This document shows, one piece after another, positions 29,944 through 39,901 of a stretch of DNA of 64,000 nt. The stretch lies in NCBI GenBank assembly GCA_000004985.1, contig GG738870.1. One strand, written 5' to 3'. Within the stretch, counting starts at the first letter, position 1, and every line of letters begins with the position of its first letter. This stretch comes from Naegleria gruberi. Its lineage: Eukaryota. The notes beneath the pieces were generated by a model. The model had not been told where the DNA came from and made no database searches. It saw nothing but the letters and a program-made list of their open reading frames with translations. The position numbers were made by a program, and so were the translations under genes.

Positions 29944-32124
29944 ATGACCAAAGGCTTTAAAAGTACCAACAAGTTTCCTGCCGATTCGGAAGGAAACCAT
30001 CATCAGCAACAAGAGGAACATCTTTTGGATCAGCAGGCGTCAATTTCTAACATGATGGTCAAACAACATGAATATCATGTCTATCAACAACAAGAATTTG
30101 AAAAGACTGTTTTTAATAAGCCTACATTAACAATAGTGGAGGAGGAGAAGACTTCACTTCTCGAGAATCAACAACAGGATGGAAGGGAAAATTTGGAATT
30201 TGATAAGGAGGATACTCTGAGTACCTTTCTGTTGAATAAAAAGAAACAAGAAGTATCGGATTTAATAGATTTGGGAATTAGTCATGATGAAAGATTGCAT
30301 ATTGAAGTATCTAAATTGAAACAATTAATAGAATGGTTTTTAAAGGCAACAAAGGAAGAAACATTTGTGGGAAGTCACAAGATTTTGTCAATCATTGGAA
30401 CAATTTCAAGTATTGTTGGACTCTTTTCAATATTTGAAAATTATAATTTATCAGAAAGTGCCATGTATCACTTGACATCTAATGCTGCCATCTATACTGC
30501 AGTACCTGCTGGAAGTGCCACTATTTATTTATTATTGGAAGATTTATTTCAATCTCTGAAGGATGTAAATCATGTGGAGGATTTACCACAACTTGAAATT
30601 CTCTCCATTCTTGTCAAGTCTCATGCTTGCTTGTGTTTATTCTTATTAATGATTGATGATATTGCTCTGCACAAAAAGACAATTTTTGGTGTTGATTTGA
30701 AACAATTTGGTTTGATTGAGAATATTGAAATTATCAAAGCTGCCTTTTACTTTACCAGTTCGATAGCCATGTTCAGTAAGATTGAAAGTATTAATCCACA
30801 TATTATCGAATTATTCTTAGAGAATGGAACCAAAATTATTCCTGGATTGGCATTGATGACACTTTCTCTGAGAAGTTATGGTTACTATTTCAATGAGCCA
30901 GTACTGTATAATATTCTTTCGACCATGTATTATTATTTGCTACTGATTAACGGTGTAGCTTCTGTAGTGGCAGGTTTTGGTTTCTTGACAATGGATTCAG
31001 AGAGATTCTTTGAATTGCTTCCACTGGTTGGGAAATCCTTGACCTCTGACCATCCACTTATTGCCAACACTTACCAGACCATTGTTTCAGCAGTCATTAC
31101 ACTATTTGGTATTCAATCCATTCAAAAGCATTGTAACATGGAGGAGAGAACATTTGAGAGTGTACTTTCTTATGTATCCTCAACCAAGTTTGGAGCCTTC
31201 TTGATTAGTTTGGGATTAATGTACTATGGCAAGAGAGCTTTACAATATTCATATACTGGTCTTCCAATTCACGACATGAATCATAGTAATCTTATGGATG
31301 AATTTATCAATATTTGTATCAACTCGGTTGGTTTATTGAGCATCAGTGGAGGTATTTCATTGTTTGGTAATGTTTTTGATATTGAACCATTTAAGAACAT
31401 GCTGGAATCATCAAGTTCTCTTGTTGGAGCTCTTGCATTGACCTTCTCTGGTTTCGCAATCACAAAACACGAAGTTTCCATCTATAGAGAAAGTGAAATT
31501 ATTGGACTACCATCCTATAAGGATACACTCTTTGCAATTTCAGCCTCTCTATTCGCATTGAAGGGAGTTTCTATCATTTTCGAAAAGATTTCAACAAGAA
31601 AGATTGCTAACACAATCTACAGAATGGGTTACAACATTCTAGTGAGCTCTAGTTGTTTCTATTTTGGATTCAAACTTTGTTATGATTTTTGGTTCCCAAA
31701 TATTGAAGCCCTATCACTAAAAGCATCTTTTGATCCAATGATTAACTTGGGAATGATTACTATTGGTAGTGCCTTCCTCTTCTCATCAGGAGGTAAACTC
31801 ATTGGTGACATGTTCGATTGTAGACACATCCAATTGAAACTGAATCAAAAACCACTTTCATGGAGTGAAAAGATGAAATATTACCTGAAGAATGGTCTCA
31901 AATTTGTGCATCAGACAACATGCAATGCCATCAATACTATTTTCCATTGGGGATATTATGATGTGATCAAGAAAATTCTCTATCGTTCTTCAAGCAAACC
32001 TTTTTTAACACTTTCTACTTTGGGTTTGACTATTGGTTTATTTTCATATATTAACAAGTTGCAATTCCAACAATTACAACTTCAAACACAAATCCACAAT
32101 TTATCAAAAGTTTCAAAAGTTTAA
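29944..32124 (+). CDS. large polytopic membrane protein, unknown family
   Basis: 726-aa ORF with ATG start. Soluble acidic N-terminus of about 130 aa followed by more than 12 hydrophobic helices. Confidence 0.4.
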   Translation: MTKGFKSTNKFPADSEGNHHQQQEEHLLDQQASISNMMVKQHEYHVYQQQEFEKTVFNKPTLTIVEEEKTSLLENQQQDGRENLEFDKEDTLSTFLLNKKKQEVSDLIDLGISHDERLHIEVSKLKQLIEWFLKATKEETFVGSHKILSIIGTISSIVGLFSIFENYNLSESAMYHLTSNAAIYTAVPAGSATIYLLLEDLFQSLKDVNHVEDLPQLEILSILVKSHACLCLFLLMIDDIALHKKTIFGVDLKQFGLIENIEIIKAAFYFTSSIAMFSKIESINPHIIELFLENGTKIIPGLALMTLSLRSYGYYFNEPVLYNILSTMYYYLLLINGVASVVAGFGFLTMDSERFFELLPLVGKSLTSDHPLIANTYQTIVSAVITLFGIQSIQKHCNMEERTFESVLSYVSSTKFGAFLISLGLMYYGKRALQYSYTGLPIHDMNHSNLMDEFINICINSVGLLSISGGISLFGNVFDIEPFKNMLESSSSLVGALALTFSGFAITKHEVSIYRESEIIGLPSYKDTLFAISASLFALKGVSIIFEKISTRKIANTIYRMGYNILVSSSCFYFGFKLCYDFWFPNIEALSLKASFDPMINLGMITIGSAFLFSSGGKLIGDMFDCRHIQLKLNQKPLSWSEKMKYYLKNGLKFVHQTTCNAINTIFHWGYYDVIKKILYRSSSKPFLTLSTLGLTIGLFSYINKLQFQQLQLQTQIHNLSKVSKV

Positions 32125-32135
32125 AATACACAAAA

Positions 32136-32927
32136 TTAATTTAATAATTCTCGAATGGAAATGGAAGTTCTTCCTAAAGATTTTCTGCTGGTTGTATTGG
32201 AGGATGGTAGCATGTTACTACCTTCCAAAGTTGGAGTTTTGGATGTGGAGATTATTTTGCTTACATTAGTGGTATTGGATGGTGGTGCGATAGTTGCATT
32301 GTTAGTAGTGACGAGTGCTACAATGAGATGAGTGTTTTCTGTCAAGTTGATTGAGTTTCCAATAAGGGAAATATGAGGCATGCATGAATGTGGACGCATG
32401 TGTTTTGATTCAAGAGTTGTTGGGAAAGAAAGTGAAGGATCAACACACATCTTTTGAATTATATTTGTTTCACTTTCCATGTTAGTAGATGTTGGTGGCA
32501 TGTTAGATGTTGAGCATGGTGTTGGGAAATTGGATGACAAGTTAGTTTGCTTGAGTTTTTTCTTTGGAAGGAGACTTGTTGTATTGTCACATGTGTTTGG
32601 AGTTGTTGGAAGGAGACTTGTACATGCATTCACATTTGATGTATTGTTATTCGAAACTACCTTTGGTTTCTCATTATTAGAACCATTAGCTTCATAACTA
32701 AACCATTCATGATTACCCATGAAAATTTCAGTCGATTTAATGGTCATCTTTACTTGACTTTCATCAATTGGATGCTTTCTCTTTCTTCCTCTTTTAGAAA
32801 CTTGAATAAAGTGTGGCATCTTCATCATGCTTGTGAATTGAAACATGTTTTGTTGTTGTGGTTTCGAATTCTTTTGAGAAACCTTTGTAGCAGATTGAAA
32901 CTCAACGATACTGAACTTATTGTACAT
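32136..32927 (-). CDS. hypothetical Ser/Thr/Asn-rich protein with basic KRGRKRK (AT-hook/NLS-like) motif
   Basis: 263-aa ORF with low-complexity composition. Weak support only. Confidence 0.3.
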   Translation of the reverse strand: MYNKFSIVEFQSATKVSQKNSKPQQQNMFQFTSMMKMPHFIQVSKRGRKRKHPIDESQVKMTIKSTEIFMGNHEWFSYEANGSNNEKPKVVSNNNTSNVNACTSLLPTTPNTCDNTTSLLPKKKLKQTNLSSNFPTPCSTSNMPPTSTNMESETNIIQKMCVDPSLSFPTTLESKHMRPHSCMPHISLIGNSINLTENTHLIVALVTTNNATIAPPSNTTNVSKIISTSKTPTLEGSNMLPSSNTTSRKSLGRTSISIRELLN

Positions 32928-34177
32928 TGTGTGAGAATGTCAATTTTGTTTGATTTGGATTGTTGAAGGCTTTTTTTTGTGTTTGTTTATCAGCCTCAAT
33001 ACTACAGCTCTATTTTTCCAACAAGCCTTCCTGGTGATTTAAATCGACCAATTCCAAAGGCTTGTTTCGTCATGTTTCGAAATGAAACGCTATTGCAACA
33101 ACATCTTCACATAAACTGATGGTTGTTGATAGTCGAGATTAACACTAGCAATATGCAATCTCGCATCTCTGTAGCATTTCAATTTTTCTTTCAGGTATCT
33201 TTGGATATAAAAGGAGAAGGTAAGTGCCCAATACAATGATTGGATGCAACTACAGAACGTTCATCGTTTTATAATTACCAATCGGAGATGTTGACAATGA
33301 CACGAATTTTATTGGGAATATTTCAGAATTGGAAGCTGAAATTAAAATTATAAGGTATGGAGAATAAGTGAGCAGACAATTAGAGAAATTAGCCGAAATG
33401 TGATATGAACTGGAGATACATTAAGACATCACATCATCTCAACACTGAGATTTTTCAATAACGTGAACATTTTCGTTAATTAGTTCAGATTCGAATACTG
33501 AATTGTGAAATAATCCATTTGGATTTCATTGCCCAATTGTTATTTGTACACATTTTACCTCAATATATTTAGGCAAGAATATCACCATTTTAAAATATAC
33601 TATCATGAGTGCTTGATCAAATGAAATTGAACTTGTCACTTTATTCTCAACAAGTAAAATTTTCAATTTGTGGGCATAACATCGTCCAGTAACGTAGATG
33701 CACATGAACCTATCATTATATTGAAGTATATGCTTCAAAAATTGAATTCGCCATTGGCTTATCAAATATCAGAACTTGTACAAACTCCCTCTTCTTTCCG
33801 TGCCTCAACCTTAATTCATGATTAGAAAAGCCAACATCAACGATGAGTGTCGCCCTTAACAGTAAAACCTTCAAGCGCCTATGATAAACACATTTGAGTA
33901 GCATATTCAATCATTTATCTTCAAAACGCAAGTCCATTGGCCCATTAGCCATTCAAATATTTAGTTAACGATTCATCAATAAGGACCATACGCTCAATTA
34001 CTGTAAATACCGTATTATCCTGTATTCACGCATATCTCTAGAACTAGTCATCAACACAAAGGCGGGAAGCCAGGATGTCTCCCCGAACAATCTCAAGAGC
34101 AAACAAGATGCTACCGATTGGGATGAAATGTGTTGAAAAGATGCACCTCTTGCACTACAAAGACAAAAAGTTAGAAA

Positions 34178-36631
34178 ATGCGCGTTCATCCAACAAGCAA
34201 TCATGTAAGTGGTGTTTTCTTATTTATTTTTATTTAATATGTTGATGATAACTGTAGTATAAGGTAAAGACTCAATCGATTGATCAAGAAGCAAATAAAG
34301 CAAATCAAGAAGCGGAAGAAGATGAAGGTCAATTGCTATTTGAGAGAAAAACAAGAAAATATGATGGTTGTTGTTCCTTTAGAGGATTTACAATCATGCT
34401 AATTGTCTTGTTGTTGTTGGTATGCTCGATATCTATTTGGCTAGCTTCATATATTGGCTCTGCAAATGCTCTCAATGAATTGTCCAGTACCATTGTGGAT
34501 AAGGTTGCTGAGAGAGTTTTGGCATTCTTGACAAGTAGTATTCATCCATTTTCAGGATTATCCAGAACTATTGCTTTTGATTTTAATAGTGGTTATGTTA
34601 TGAGAGATCCCAATTCTATATTGCCTTACTTTTTCAAGAGAAGTTTAGTTTATTCACCTTCTTCCATTGGATTCCACTTTTACAATGAGGCTTATAGTTA
34701 TTTCAATATTACTTACTTTTATAGTGGTGTTCCAGTTCAATCTTTTACAACTTATCATCAACCATTCAATTATCCAGGTTTGGTTCACTATTTGGCTAGT
34801 CCAATTAATGGAAGTATTATTGGATTGATTGCTAATCAGACAACTCCTTTCAAACAATATACTCAGAGTTATTGGATTAGTAGTGAGAAATATTTTGCCA
34901 AGTTTAATACTGATAGTATATATGGAGATCCTTATACTGTGGTCAATTCGAGTACTTGCATTTTTTATGCAAGTAAGCTGTATAATCCAGTTGAGTTTGC
35001 AGTGAATGGAACCAAATCTGCACTTATTGGATTGGCAAAAATTAACATTTCCTTATTAAGTATTCAAAACTTTTTGAAAACAATTACCATGATTGGAGAT
35101 GGCTATGTATTGGTTTCAGAACTGAATGATTTGGTGATTGGCGGAAGTATCAATACGACTGCTTTGAATTTCTACTCAAGGGTGTCAATGTTCCAGCTCA
35201 TAGATAGAGATTCAGGAACTTTAATGTCAGAGCTGGCTCAGAAATATGGAAATTTATCAAGCGTTCCAAATACTGGAGCCATTCATTTTGCAAGCAAAGG
35301 AGTTGACTACTTTATTTCAAGAAGATCATTCTATTTGGAGAATATTTCATGGAATGTCTTTTTGATTGTATACAAGTCAGATGTAGAAAAGGTCAGTAAC
35401 ATAAATACTGCCATATCAGTTGGTGTTTGTGTTGGGGTGATTTTACTTGGTCTGGTCATGAGTGCTCTGTTAGGTCACTGGATTACAAAACCACTCAGAT
35501 ATTTAGAGAGACAATTCAATCAGATCAAGACATTTAGTTTGGAGAATGTTGAATTCAGATCGAGTTCTTTCGGTGAAATGAATAGAATTTACAAGCACTT
35601 ATACGAAATGGTGTTATTCTTAAATGAATTCAAACCCTACCTTCCAGCCAGTTTGTTCAATCAAATCAGAGAGAAAACTCAAGAAACTCCAAAAGAAGTT
35701 GAACAGTCAAATAGTAATATGGCTCAATCCATGGCAATGACTGAGAAAAGTTCAGCTTTGAGAAGTTCAATTTCAAACGATTCTTCCAAGCATGAACGAA
35801 AGGGTACTATTAATGAGCTCTTCAGAAAGGGACTATTCAAAAAGAAGGTGAGTGTAATCATGATTGAGATTTGTAAAGATTCCAATCATGATTATTCAGA
35901 TATTGAAAATCAATTCTCCAAAGTCATCACATTGATTAGTTCCATCACCAAGAAGGTTCATGCTGATTTGCAAGTATTGAGTGTGCACACCTTCCAATTG
36001 TCATTCTCTGATAACAACTCATCCAATAACAGACGCCACAATCTATTGGCCATTGAGTGTGGTCTCAAAATTGGTCGACTCTTGACCAGTATCAATGTGC
36101 AGTATTATATGGCATTATCTGGAGGTGAAGTCTTGGCTGGAAACTTGGGAACTAAAGCTCTGAGATATTATGGTATTGTTGGACCAGTAATGGCCAATGT
36201 TCAGCATGTTTTGCAGGTAGCCAAATCGTTGAAGTGTGAAATTCTCTCAGATGCATTCTCTCTTCATGAACATAGTGCCAAGACAAGGATTGTTGCTAGA
36301 CCAGTTTCGAAAGAAGAACTTTCTCATGGTGTTGAGACTATTTATCAAGTCCTTAAAGAGAATATTGTGGAACAAGATGGTAAGTATTATTTTTCAAAAT
36401 ATTATAGTTTAAATGTGAAAAATAGAATGGCTCTATGAATTGGAACAAGAAAAAGTCAATGCCAAATATAAAAAGTTTGAGCATGCATTCTCGATATTTG
36501 ACATGACTCCAAATACTGACGATTATTTCAAACAGTTAGAAGAATCGAGGGAAATATTCAATGAGTATAAGGAAAGTGATCCATCAGATTTGGTAACAAT
36601 TAGATTGCTTTCCTTATTGGAAAATATGTAA
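34178..36631 (+). CDS. receptor-like membrane protein: N-terminal TM, large extracytoplasmic domain, TM, HAMP-like linker, degenerate class III nucleotidyl-cyclase homology domain. Three exons.
   Basis: Putative exon 1 at 34178–34204 (ATG…CAT|GTAAGT) joins exon 2 at about 34258 after a 53-nt intron. The main ORF is 34333..36438. A 3' intron at about 36380..36425 (GTAAGT…AATAG) joins the small ORF 36440..36631 in frame. Cyclase homology: VSVIMIEICKDS / ADLQVLSVHTFQLSF / EVLAGNLGTKALRYYGIVGPVMANVQHV versus the class III consensus VTILFADIVGFT / LRIKILGDCY / [27 protein letters not shown]. Confidence 0.55.
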
Positions 36632-36659
36632 ACTGATTTTACACAAAAATGTTAGGAAT

Positions 36660-38147
36660 TTACTGTTGGTCATAGTCAGTAAATTTGTTAAATGGAAGCA
36701 TGATTTGTTGATAGAATAGCATCCAATTCTTTCTCCAATTACGTTGTATTTTTGGTTGGTAGGTATACTTTTCTGGATTGAAATGCTCAACTGAGGCCAT
36801 GTTAAAAGTAATCATGTAGAGTTGAACGCCACTCATGAAACCAACAAAGGCTAAAACCAATCCAGCAATTCCCAAATTGATGACATTCAACACAATAAAT
36901 AAAAATGTGTGGAATTGCATGATTGGATTATTGCTGTGCACGAATTGAAGCATTTGTTGAGTTTTTCCATCAGTGTACAATTCTTCAATTCTCTTTCCGT
37001 GGAGGGATGATATTCTCTTCATGGATTCATACTGAAATGCATAATCAAAGAGTTGATTCACCTCACAATAAGTCAAGTAGAACAAGCAAATTACCATAAT
37101 AAAGCATAAAGACATTTGAACTACCATACTCAAAAGGAATGCCAAAAATGTCAATTGATTCTTTTCTCCAACACAATTAGAAATCCACAGACAGTGATGG
37201 TCATACTTTGCAGCTCTATGTCCACATCTGGTACAAAATTTGGATCTTGTTGGAAATTCCACAACTTTGGTTTCTTCCTTCTTGGTAGCATTTGCTGTGA
37301 TAGCAGTGGCCGAGTCACTTGATTCATTCTCTTGCTTTTCATTTTCCAAATTCTTTTCACCACTCTTTCTATTTCTCAAAGTGGTTGTTGATGTCTGTTG
37401 TTCCTGTACCTTTTCACTATTGATTGCTTTTTGTTCTTCCTTTCTCTCAAATGTAATACTATCCTTATGTGAAATGTAACCCAAATGTTTTTCATCACCT
37501 TCCACAAAAATTCTTCCAGGATTTGACCTCTTACTCATCTCATAGGTAATATAACTCAAAATCCAACCAATATAATACAAGTAAAAACTCCAGTGAGCTC
37601 CCAATAAATTAAGTTTATCCCAATCCTGTGTGGAATAAGTAGTTTGCAACTCTAACAAGGGATATTTCATATTGGGAGCCTTTTCAGAATCGACAAATAA
37701 ACCAAAAATGTCAATCCAATAATAAGAAACAATGAAAGGAATAACTCCCATATACAAAAATCCAAACAAAATTAAATAATAAACACCAGCCTCCAATTTT
37801 CTATTATAGTGCATATTCTTTTCCTTTCTCTTTAATTTCTTCAATGCCAATTCTTCTTCCGAAAGTGTTGGTGGTGATGTTGCTACAATAGTCTTCTTTG
37901 TATTATTACAATTACACTTGTCATCATGTTGATGATGATGATCATGTAATTTACCACCACTTGATGTTCCTTCCGAGGAAGATGACGATGCTGATGATTT
38001 TGTATTCTCCTCTTCTTCTTCATCTTCATTACAACATTCATAACAAGGACACCATCTATACCGACACAGACACAAATTACATCCCAAACTACACGCCACA
38101 TCACAGGATTTATCCCACACCAATAGACACAAATCTTCGGAACACAT
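36660..38147 (-). CDS. DHHC-type protein S-acyltransferase (palmitoyltransferase)
   Basis: 495-aa ORF with ATG start. CTRCGHRAAKYDHHCLWISNCVGEKN is a full DHHC-CRD (Cx2Cx9HCx2Cx4DHHCx5C), flanked by TM helices. The N-terminus is an unusual Cys cluster: MCSEDLCLLVWDKSCDVACSLGCNLCLCRYRWCPCYECC. Confidence 0.85.
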   Translation of the reverse strand: MCSEDLCLLVWDKSCDVACSLGCNLCLCRYRWCPCYECCNEDEEEEENTKSSASSSSSEGTSSGGKLHDHHHQHDDKCNCNNTKKTIVATSPPTLSEEELALKKLKRKEKNMHYNRKLEAGVYYLILFGFLYMGVIPFIVSYYWIDIFGLFVDSEKAPNMKYPLLELQTTYSTQDWDKLNLLGAHWSFYLYYIGWILSYITYEMSKRSNPGRIFVEGDEKHLGYISHKDSITFERKEEQKAINSEKVQEQQTSTTTLRNRKSGEKNLENEKQENESSDSATAITANATKKEETKVVEFPTRSKFCTRCGHRAAKYDHHCLWISNCVGEKNQLTFLAFLLSMVVQMSLCFIMVICLFYLTYCEVNQLFDYAFQYESMKRISSLHGKRIEELYTDGKTQQMLQFVHSNNPIMQFHTFLFIVLNVINLGIAGLVLAFVGFMSGVQLYMITFNMASVEHFNPEKYTYQPKIQRNWRKNWMLFYQQIMLPFNKFTDYDQQ

Positions 38148-38651
38148 TTTTTTCTTTTAGATATTGAAAAGATGACGAGTTGGAAGATGATGAGGGAACT
38201 TGATGATTTGGAAAGATTATTGTTCATGAAATGTTTTAGTCTTTCTCATTTAATAAGAATATTTAAAATGTTATATTGTAAAGTATTTAATCTTAAGATA
38301 CACGAAAAAAGAATAAATAAGGGCCTATCGTTTTGAATATTCAATCCTTCCTCACACCCCAGGCAATTCGCTCTTAAAAACGCCGATTGAAATAATTGCG
38401 GAGTTGATTCAACCTTAAATAATACTAATAACCACTTAATAATATTGATTGGTTTTCTTGCATTATAATTGGTCCCAACCCAACCACGCAAAATACTCTC
38501 CTATATTGATGATATTGAATGCTCATCATTCATGCATTAGGCAATGCTCAAGTTCAAATGTGGGACATCAACTATATTATTGGTCCTTAACCGGTTACCA
38601 CCGCGTAAATTAACAAATTTTTTGTTGAAAAAAATTGCGTTATTAAGGAGG

Positions 38652-39873
38652 ATGAAGATTTGTACTGTTGCCTTGATCGCAACCTTGATGGTTGTTTTTG
38701 CTGTTGCTGCTAATGCTCAACAAAATTTTAATAGATTGCCAAGACTTAATGTTAGAAAGCAAAGCTTTACTGTGTCTGGTATTTCTTCTGGAGCTTTCAT
38801 GGCCCAACAATTTGCTGTTGCTTTCTCAAAGACTGTTACCGGAACTGGTGTTGTTGCTGGTGGTCCATATTATGTAAGTTTTTAAATGAATGGATTCGGA
38901 ATATTAATAATAATTGATATAAAGTGTTCTCTTGGTAACGAATTCGTTGCTCTCGACAGCTGTATGAAGATTCCACAAATGATTGATTTGGTAGGTTTAA
39001 AGATTTTAAAAAACTAATATGAACATTATAATGATACTAAATTGATATTATTCCACCAAAATTAACACATGAAATATTTCCACATATATCATTAATAGTC
39101 AATCATTCAAGACATGATTAAGGAAATGGAATCAACTGGTGCTATCGATCATTCAAGCAATGTTAAGAACCACAAGTTCTACCTCTTCTCTGGTACTGAT
39201 GATTTCATTGTTTTCCAAGGTGTTATGAGAAAGCTCCAACAACAATTGTACACCACTTTCCAAGTCCCAATTTCTAACATTGTTACTGACTTTAAGACTC
39301 CTGCTGTTCACGGTTTCATCACCAATGATTATGGTAATGCTTGTGCTATGTTTGGTAGTCCATTCATTAACAATTGTGGTTTGGATCAAGCTAAGATTAT
39401 CCTTGAAACTGTCCTTTCTACCAAGTTGAATGCTTCTCAACCTATTGATAGAAACCTTTTCACTTTCTCTCAATCTGGTAACTACACTGCTACCAGCTTT
39501 GATGAAAAGGGTTACATTTACATTCCAACTTCTTGTCAAGCTAATCGTGCTCCATGTGTTGTTCACTTGGCTTTCCACGGTTGCAACCAAGGTGTTCAAA
39601 GCGTTGGTGATGTTTTCGTCAAGCATTCTGGTTACCTCAAGTATGCTGAAAGCAATAATATTGTTGTTGTTTTCCCTCAAGTCAGAAAGACTGAATCATT
39701 CTTGGTCAACCCAGAAGGTTAGTAATTATTTAACTTTTCAATTATTTAATTTCAATAATATAGGTTGTTTCGATTGGTGGGGATTCAGTGGTCAAAACTT
39801 TGCCACTAAACAAGGTCCACAAATGAAGGCTATTGCTAACATGCTTCTCGATCTCGGTGTTGATGTTCAATAA
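38652..39873 (+). CDS. secreted esterase, PHB-depolymerase/feruloyl-esterase-like alpha/beta hydrolase family. Three exons.
   Basis: Signal peptide MKICTVALIATLMVVFAVAANAQQ. GxSxG nucleophile elbow (GISSG). CVVHLAFHGCNQG motif typical of the Esterase_PHB family. Intron 1 at about 38874..39098 (GTAAGT…TAATAG, phase 0). Intron 2 at about 39718..39763 (GTTAGT…ATATAG, 46 nt). Both joins are in frame, ending …GCFDWWGFSGQNF…VDVQ*. Confidence 0.7.
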
Positions 39874-39901
39874 ACTCAACAATTATTTTAAATGTGGAAT
39901 A

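Noticed and set aside
39153-39680. ORF 39153..39680 (−), 175 aa
   Set aside because: It is antisense to exon 2 of the esterase gene, which has the GxSxG/HGC motifs, a signal peptide and in-frame splice junctions.
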